Virus record (IMG/VR): IMGVR_UViG_3300032116_000117
Span: 1-64,000 of that record
DNA length: 64,000 nucleotides
Reading direction: 5' to 3' (one strand)
From: an uncultured virus (IMG/VR IMGVR_UViG_3300032116_000117)
Taxonomy: Duplodnaviria > Heunggongvirae > Uroviricota > Caudoviricetes
Of this stretch, positions 59,409-64,000 are shown one piece after another. Position 1 is the first letter of the stretch. Every line of letters begins with the position of its first letter. A program made the translations under genes and the position numbers. The notes beneath the pieces were generated by a model. The model did no database searches. It was not told where the DNA came from and saw nothing but the letters and a program-made list of their open reading frames with translations.

Positions 59409-59436
59409 ATCATACCATACGTTATCGGCTTGTCAA
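59409..59436 (-). promoter_or_regulatory. Probable early promoter upstream of rIIA
   Basis: TTGACA-AGCCGATAACGTATGG-TATGAT (16-nt spacer). Confidence 0.8.
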
Positions 59437-59437
59437 C

Positions 59438-59674
59438 TCACGTTTCTTTAGATTTGATCGCAACCCATCCTAAATATGCTGTAAGCAAGCCAAAAATTTT
59501 GAGTACGTTTACAGGAAGAAAAAACCAATATATTCCTATAAAAATACTTGCTAATCCCATTATCCATATAATAAAACGTGGAATAAATCTAGATTTACTT
59601 AATAACCAAGTTGCTGGCCCAAGTAGCACCACAAATAAAAACATTAGCGATACTAATAGTGCTAAACTAGCCAT
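59438..59674 (-). CDS. Small three-TM membrane protein
   Basis: Hydrophobic throughout; TAATG overlap. Confidence 0.7.
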   Translation of the reverse strand: MASLALLVSLMFLFVVLLGPATWLLSKSRFIPRFIIWIMGLASIFIGIYWFFLPVNVLKIFGLLTAYLGWVAIKSKET

Positions 59675-60006
59675 TAATAATCTTCTTTATCATTATCTTC
59701 GTCATCATCATATTTGTAGTATTCCTCATAGTGAGAATCTGTCCCGTAAGGATTCCAAGAGTCCTCATTATCTTCATCGGAATCTAATTCTCCTTGATCT
59801 TCTACTTCTTCCAGAAAAATGGATATTGTATTTAAAATATCAAACATTTTATTTACGGTATCATCAATATGATAAATTTTTTCTTCAATATTTTTGATTG
59901 ACTTTTTAATTCCAGATATATCTTTTGATATACCTATGTCTGTATTATGAAGAGTTTGGTGATTTTTTGTGATTTGTTTAATTATATCTTCATAAGAATC
60001 AGACAT
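59674..60006 (-). CDS. Coiled-coil protein with acidic tail
   Basis: AGGAG RBS. Confidence 0.7.
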   Translation of the reverse strand: MSDSYEDIIKQITKNHQTLHNTDIGISKDISGIKKSIKNIEEKIYHIDDTVNKMFDILNTISIFLEEVEDQGELDSDEDNEDSWNPYGTDSHYEEYYKYDDDEDNDKEDY

Positions 60007-60039
60007 AAAGTTCTCCTTTTAATAATCTATATTACACCA

Positions 60040-60573
60040 CTACCCACATCTACATTGGTATTTATTACAATAGTTGCATTTTGGGCCTGGGCTATTAAAT
60101 CCCCAAGCATTAGCATCTCTATTAAAACTCTCAGATCCAGTATCAATACAAACCAGTTTGGCCTTATTATTTCGTTTAATGTATCCCATGTTGTAGTAAT
60201 GGCAATCCCAAAATTTTAGTTTGGTTTTCTTCTCAATAGATTGCACAAGAGATTGTATTTCTTTTAGTCTTTTCTTCATTACTGTTTCATCAGCAATTCT
60301 GGCTCGTTCTGTAACATATCCCCAGTTAGTTTGATCTGGATATGTATAGTCTCCATAGCCTCCCACCGTTACTACTATTTCAAGTTTGCAAATTTTACCA
60401 TAAACTTTAGGGGCAAGACCAAATTTGCTCAATAATTTTTGCTTGTTGTAAGCATTGGTCGCTGATTTTTTACTACGAAATTGCTTAAATCCAAGATTTT
60501 TATTTTCTTTGATGTTGTAGAATTCCGCACTACCACCCTCATCAAACCTATTAAGATCAATTGTGTATTTCAT
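60040..60573 (-). CDS. Minimal protein-kinase-like protein
   Basis: EGGSAEFY, GFK, LAPKVYG, DCHYYN, CIDTG; C-terminal Cys cluster. Confidence 0.65.
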   Translation of the reverse strand: MKYTIDLNRFDEGGSAEFYNIKENKNLGFKQFRSKKSATNAYNKQKLLSKFGLAPKVYGKICKLEIVVTVGGYGDYTYPDQTNWGYVTERARIADETVMKKRLKEIQSLVQSIEKKTKLKFWDCHYYNMGYIKRNNKAKLVCIDTGSESFNRDANAWGFNSPGPKCNYCNKYQCRCG

Positions 60574-60889
60574 CTTCCTTAACCTTATTACCACTCAATT
60601 GTTCAACAATATAAACTGCTACTTTTAAATCTGGGGTTTCAAATATTTTAATCGGACCTCTTGGTATATCCATCTTAAATGTTGCATAAACAGCGTAGTA
60701 CGTTTCGTTTAATCCTAAACCATCCACATTAAAGTATTCCTCTAGAGAATTTACTTCTTCTGGAATCGTTCCGCCATTATAGTCACTAATATCTCGCAGA
60801 GTATAAATATGATAATGAAGAATATTAGATCGTTTATTACCTTCATTAGAACACCATCCCTTAAAATATTTATTTGGATAACTTACCAT
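60557..60889 (-). CDS. Hypothetical protein
   Basis: ORF in operon. Confidence 0.6.
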   Translation of the reverse strand: MVSYPNKYFKGWCSNEGNKRSNILHYHIYTLRDISDYNGGTIPEEVNSLEEYFNVDGLGLNETYYAVYATFKMDIPRGPIKIFETPDLKVAVYIVEQLSGNKVKEDEIHN

Positions 60890-61415
60890 ATTTTTCTTTA
60901 AACTCCTTTTCGTTTCGATACAAAGGAATCAGAGCATCTTGATTAGCGAACTGATTATAAATCATTGTGAGATTAAACATATCTCCTCTATCATTAATAG
61001 TTGCCCAAGCAATATTTTTATATTCTGAATTACTGTTAATTTCTTTCGAGTGATTTTCTAAATATTCTATGGCTCTTTTCATTCTAGGAATATCTTCGTT
61101 AAAGTTTCCTATCGCTCTATTACAGTTATGGCATAAATGTCCTCTAAAAATATCAGAAGCATGATTGTGATCTGCTGTCCATACGGTTTTTGATCGTCCC
61201 CCTATTCCCTCAAGGTCTGTTTTATTTTTTAAACAAACTGGGCAGATATAATCTTCTGTGGGTTGACCATGTAACTCTCTAATTTGTTTTCTCTTCTTAT
61301 TAAGCATATTATTACATTTCTTACATTCTGGTCTTTTATAGTTACCTCCACCAGAAGGAGAAAAGAAAGACAAATCTAATACTTGATGACATTTATTACA
61401 CTTTTTTGTAGACAT
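60870..61415 (-). CDS. Endonuclease VII-like (His-Me finger) protein
   Basis: CNKC..CKKC, CPVC, DHNH..RGHLCHNCNRAIG. Confidence 0.8.
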   Translation of the reverse strand: MSTKKCNKCHQVLDLSFFSPSGGGNYKRPECKKCNNMLNKKRKQIRELHGQPTEDYICPVCLKNKTDLEGIGGRSKTVWTADHNHASDIFRGHLCHNCNRAIGNFNEDIPRMKRAIEYLENHSKEINSNSEYKNIAWATINDRGDMFNLTMIYNQFANQDALIPLYRNEKEFKEKYGKLSK

Positions 61416-61430
61416 TGTTTACCTTTCTAA

Positions 61431-61503
61431 TAGGAGTGGTGGGAGTCGAACCCACACTGTATGGATTTTAAGTCCACTGTCTCTGCCATTGGACTACACT
61501 CCC
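61431..61503 (-). tRNA. tRNA-Leu(TAA), short variable loop, CCA not encoded
   Basis: GGGAGTG/CACTCCT acceptor; GTGGA-CTTAAAA-TCCAT anticodon arm; GTGGG-TTCGACT-CCCAC T arm. Confidence 0.9.
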
Positions 61504-61505
61504 AT

Positions 61506-61589
61506 ATGATAATCGACCACAACAATCAATGATTTGAGGTTGATTTTCTGTGTGCCTCTACCATTTAAACTGTTGTGATCGACTATCAT
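61506..61589 (-). repeat. 19-bp inverted repeat forming a long RNA hairpin directly upstream of the tRNA
   Basis: ATGATAGTCGATCACAACA pairs with TGTTGTGGTCGATTATCAT using two G-U pairs on the minus strand. Confidence 0.75.
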
Positions 61590-61600
61590 TGGTTTAAAAA

Positions 61601-61882
61601 TCAGCCGTTAGCATGAGCCTTGATTCGACGAACAACCTCTGCCATAGCCTCTACATTATCAACCGTCTTGGTTGGCTTCGCACGTTCCATAGAGGGAAGA
61701 TCAATACCCTTGGCCTTTAGTGCTTCTTTGGTACGAGCATAACGAGCCATCGTACTAGCAACCTTTTGACCAGTCTTTGACGCAATCTCAGCATACGTCT
61801 TAGACGAATAAACAGCCTCAAGAAACTGCTCGTCGCTGCAACGAACACGGGTCTGCTTCTCAACAACATTAACTTCAGCCAT
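61601..61882 (-). CDS. Small HTH-like DNA-binding protein
   Basis: GGAGG RBS; TYAEIASKTGQKVASTMAR. Confidence 0.7.
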   Translation of the reverse strand: MAEVNVVEKQTRVRCSDEQFLEAVYSSKTYAEIASKTGQKVASTMARYARTKEALKAKGIDLPSMERAKPTKTVDNVEAMAEVVRRIKAHANG

Positions 61883-61958
61883 AATCAACCTCCAAATCAT
61901 TTCCAATTTTATCTTTGCGAGTCAGTCGCTCGACTGATCCTCTCGCATCGACTACTTC

Positions 61959-61986
61959 ATTCTATCACACTGTATCGACTTGTCAA
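61959..61986 (-). promoter_or_regulatory. Probable early promoter
   Basis: TTGACA-AGTCGATACAGTGTGA-TAGAAT (16-nt spacer). Confidence 0.8.
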
Positions 61987-62007
61987 CACCACAGACTTGA
62001 ATTTTTC

Positions 62008-62709
62008 TCATTCAAGCACATAACTCCAATATCGACTATCTTCTTTATTCTGAAGAGCATCCCAATAGATAGATCGTGCAATATAAGAAGGAACTTTGAG
62101 TATTCCACAATTAACCATCCAATGACGCTCCATCTTCTTATAGGTAGTTGAACCGCTCTTACTCTTATTATACTTGAGATGTTCCATATCGTAAAGGCGA
62201 AGTTGATGAACATCTCCACACAATACTCGTGCCTCATTAGGATGAATCATTTCAAGAGCAAAACTAATTTTAGCCAACCCAATTCCACTAATCTTATTCA
62301 GAATACTATCACGCTTCTTAACATGACCCTTCTTAGATGTAAAATAAAAGTCTTTAGGATTAGCCCAAAACTTCTCACTAAAATCCCAGATATAATTGGT
62401 GCGATTGTTATGCAACCCGACGCCGCTCTTGTGAAGTTTATTCAGCAAAGTTTCCTTGCTGTCAATCCACTCGTTAAAATTCTTGATAGCATTATATCCG
62501 GCACAATTACCCTTCCAAGTAGTATGTACGCTGCAATAGGCAAAGAGATAGCGACGGAAAATATCCTCAACATTCTGAGGACGAACACTCTCCCAATATT
62601 GCTTGTATGAAACAACCTTGTCTTTGGGGAAGTTCTCAAAGAAAATATCTGCCTTGGTCTTGTCCAAAGTGGTATTCTGAACAGGAATAACTGTGTTCTC
62701 AACAATCAT
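62008..62709 (-). CDS. HhH-GPD superfamily DNA glycosylase-like protein
   Basis: ISGIGLAKISF HhH motif; CGDVH. Confidence 0.65.
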   Translation of the reverse strand: MIVENTVIPVQNTTLDKTKADIFFENFPKDKVVSYKQYWESVRPQNVEDIFRRYLFAYCSVHTTWKGNCAGYNAIKNFNEWIDSKETLLNKLHKSGVGLHNNRTNYIWDFSEKFWANPKDFYFTSKKGHVKKRDSILNKISGIGLAKISFALEMIHPNEARVLCGDVHQLRLYDMEHLKYNKSKSGSTTYKKMERHWMVNCGILKVPSYIARSIYWDALQNKEDSRYWSYVLE

Positions 62710-62744
62710 GGGTTTCTCCAAAAGTTTTCAAGTGTGATGCTACG

Positions 62745-62773
62745 ATTCTACACTACTTGTATCGTCTTGTCAA
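62745..62773 (-). promoter_or_regulatory. Probable early promoter
   Basis: TTGACA-AGACGATACAAGTAGTG-TAGAAT (17-nt spacer). Confidence 0.8.
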
Positions 62774-62775
62774 GA

Positions 62776-63252
62776 CTAATCTCTTGAGTCTGCAAACAGC
62801 AAATTTTTATATTTCAATATTCTTTCTTGAACTTTTTTTATTTTAATATCATAATTAGAAAATGATTCTTTGTAATTATGATTAATAAGTTGCAAATATC
62901 TAGTATTTATATCACAACTTTTGATTTTATTATTGTTTCCAAGATCTATATCAACTGTGCTAATATCAGTTTGTAATAAAGTTTTTACTAAAATATCAAT
63001 TTGAATACTATTATATAAATATCTGTTTAGTAGATGACTATCTTTTTTATGTTTTAATGAGTAGATTAAATTAAATTTTTCTTTTGGTAAATCAATAGCA
63101 TAAAAATTATTGGCTTCGACTATAATATCAATATCTTCTATATCATTATATCCTATATTAAACATATCAGAACAACTACCAGTAAGTATCCAATAGTCGT
63201 ATAACTCAGATAATTCTGTTAGAATATTTATAATACTAATACGATCAATCAT
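62776..63252 (-). CDS. Pol-beta-superfamily nucleotidyltransferase-like protein
   Basis: LTGS..DIEDIDIIV..QIDIL; very AT-rich. Confidence 0.6.
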   Translation of the reverse strand: MIDRISIINILTELSELYDYWILTGSCSDMFNIGYNDIEDIDIIVEANNFYAIDLPKEKFNLIYSLKHKKDSHLLNRYLYNSIQIDILVKTLLQTDISTVDIDLGNNNKIKSCDINTRYLQLINHNYKESFSNYDIKIKKVQERILKYKNLLFADSRD

Positions 63253-63998
63253 TATATTGACCTGCTACTACCATGCAATATCTTAAATGTTGGAAAACGC
63301 AGACTAATTCCACCGTCTTGGTTTTTAGTTTCTTCAAAGTATTGAACAGTAATAATTTTGCCAAGAATCTTTTTAGGATTCTTATAAAACTCCTGTCGTT
63401 GCTCAATACTGAATCCACTTCCAACCCTAACCTTGTGTTTTTTATGTTCAATAGTTACACAACTCAACATAGTTTCTTCTTGTTCTTTTCCATCAAGCAC
63501 ATAACGAAATGGCCCCATTTCTGTGTCGATAACTGTGTATTCATCATCAAAAAACTTCTTAACCTTGAGCAAATCTTTGCTACGCTTACCTTTATATGGT
63601 TCATCTGCTCGTAGCATAACTCCCTCCCAACCATAATCAGCAGCCTTTTTAACCCATTCTTGGAAATGGTCATCATCCTTAATTTTTTCCTGAGCAAGAA
63701 TACTAAGACAAGCACAAGAATTATCCTTCATAACTTCTCGTAGATTATTATATCTGTGGCTATAAATCTTATGTTTCTCGCCTTTCTTGCTATAGAATTC
63801 GTCATGGCTAATCATATCAAAAATTTTGAATGACGGATTACTAATAGTATGATCCTTCTTACGAAGTTCTTTCATTACTCCTTGAAAATCCTCATTGCCA
63901 TCTTCATCCACAAGACAAAGTTCGCCATCAAAAACTACGTTAGTAACGCCCAAATTCTTGATGCCAGTAGCAACAATATCAAGAGTATCAAAGATTTT
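63252..63998 (-). CDS. ATP-dependent DNA ligase, 5' end outside the window
   Basis: FDGEL, IFD, EGVMLR, KRSKDLLKVK, VGSGFS, SLRFPTF; frame open to the window edge. Confidence 0.92.
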   Translation of the reverse strand, partial: KIFDTLDIVATGIKNLGVTNVVFDGELCLVDEDGNEDFQGVMKELRKKDHTISNPSFKIFDMISHDEFYSKKGEKHKIYSHRYNNLREVMKDNSCACLSILAQEKIKDDDHFQEWVKKAADYGWEGVMLRADEPYKGKRSKDLLKVKKFFDDEYTVIDTEMGPFRYVLDGKEQEETMLSCVTIEHKKHKVRVGSGFSIEQRQEFYKNPKKILGKIITVQYFEETKNQDGGISLRFPTFKILHGSSRSI

Positions 63999-64000
63999 TC

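Noticed and set aside
1..64000. Alternative genetic code
   Set aside because: Conserved genes are intact in the standard code, and TAA, TAG and TGA all end genes at sensible positions
1..64000. Eukaryotic giant virus origin, suggested by SET, actin-fold, papain and Cys-rich genes
   Set aside because: DnaE, DnaB, DnaG, sigma factor, rIIA/B, Shine-Dalgarno sites and overlapping operons indicate a bacteriophage

Overview
This window is a 64-kb segment of a large, AT-rich, tightly packed bacteriophage genome using the standard genetic code. Evidence: DnaE, DnaB, DnaG, RecA, SSB, rIIA/rIIB, a sigma factor, Shine-Dalgarno sites and many ATGA/TAATG overlaps. Genes run on + only up to 2395 and on - thereafter. 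Main blocks: Cys-rich proteins (<1-2.4 kb); a degenerate glycosylation-like cluster (5.2-11.8 kb); a replication block with an intein-less DnaE split into two genes around a microprotein and a DEDDh exonuclease (11.8-23.1 kb); PhoH, class II RNR and dCMP deaminase; a papain-protease plus membrane-protein module (29-34 kb); a catalytically degenerate DeoC next to ClpP and a sigma factor; GuaC and a nucleotide-sugar cluster with ColD-like, Fcl/ColC-like and split transketolase genes (39-48 kb); SET, NDT-like and macrodomain genes; a trypsin protease, a volactin-like actin and an orphan RuvB; and a probable early region with an AEP primase, rIIB/rIIA, a small kinase, tRNA-Leu(TAA), a tRNA-like RNA, an HhH protein and DNA ligase. 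Two promoter classes can be read from the sequence. A Planctomycetota-like host is suggested but not proven. All family calls come from motif recognition by eye; no database searches were run. Several start codons were moved from the ORF track to the RBS- or overlap-supported ATG.
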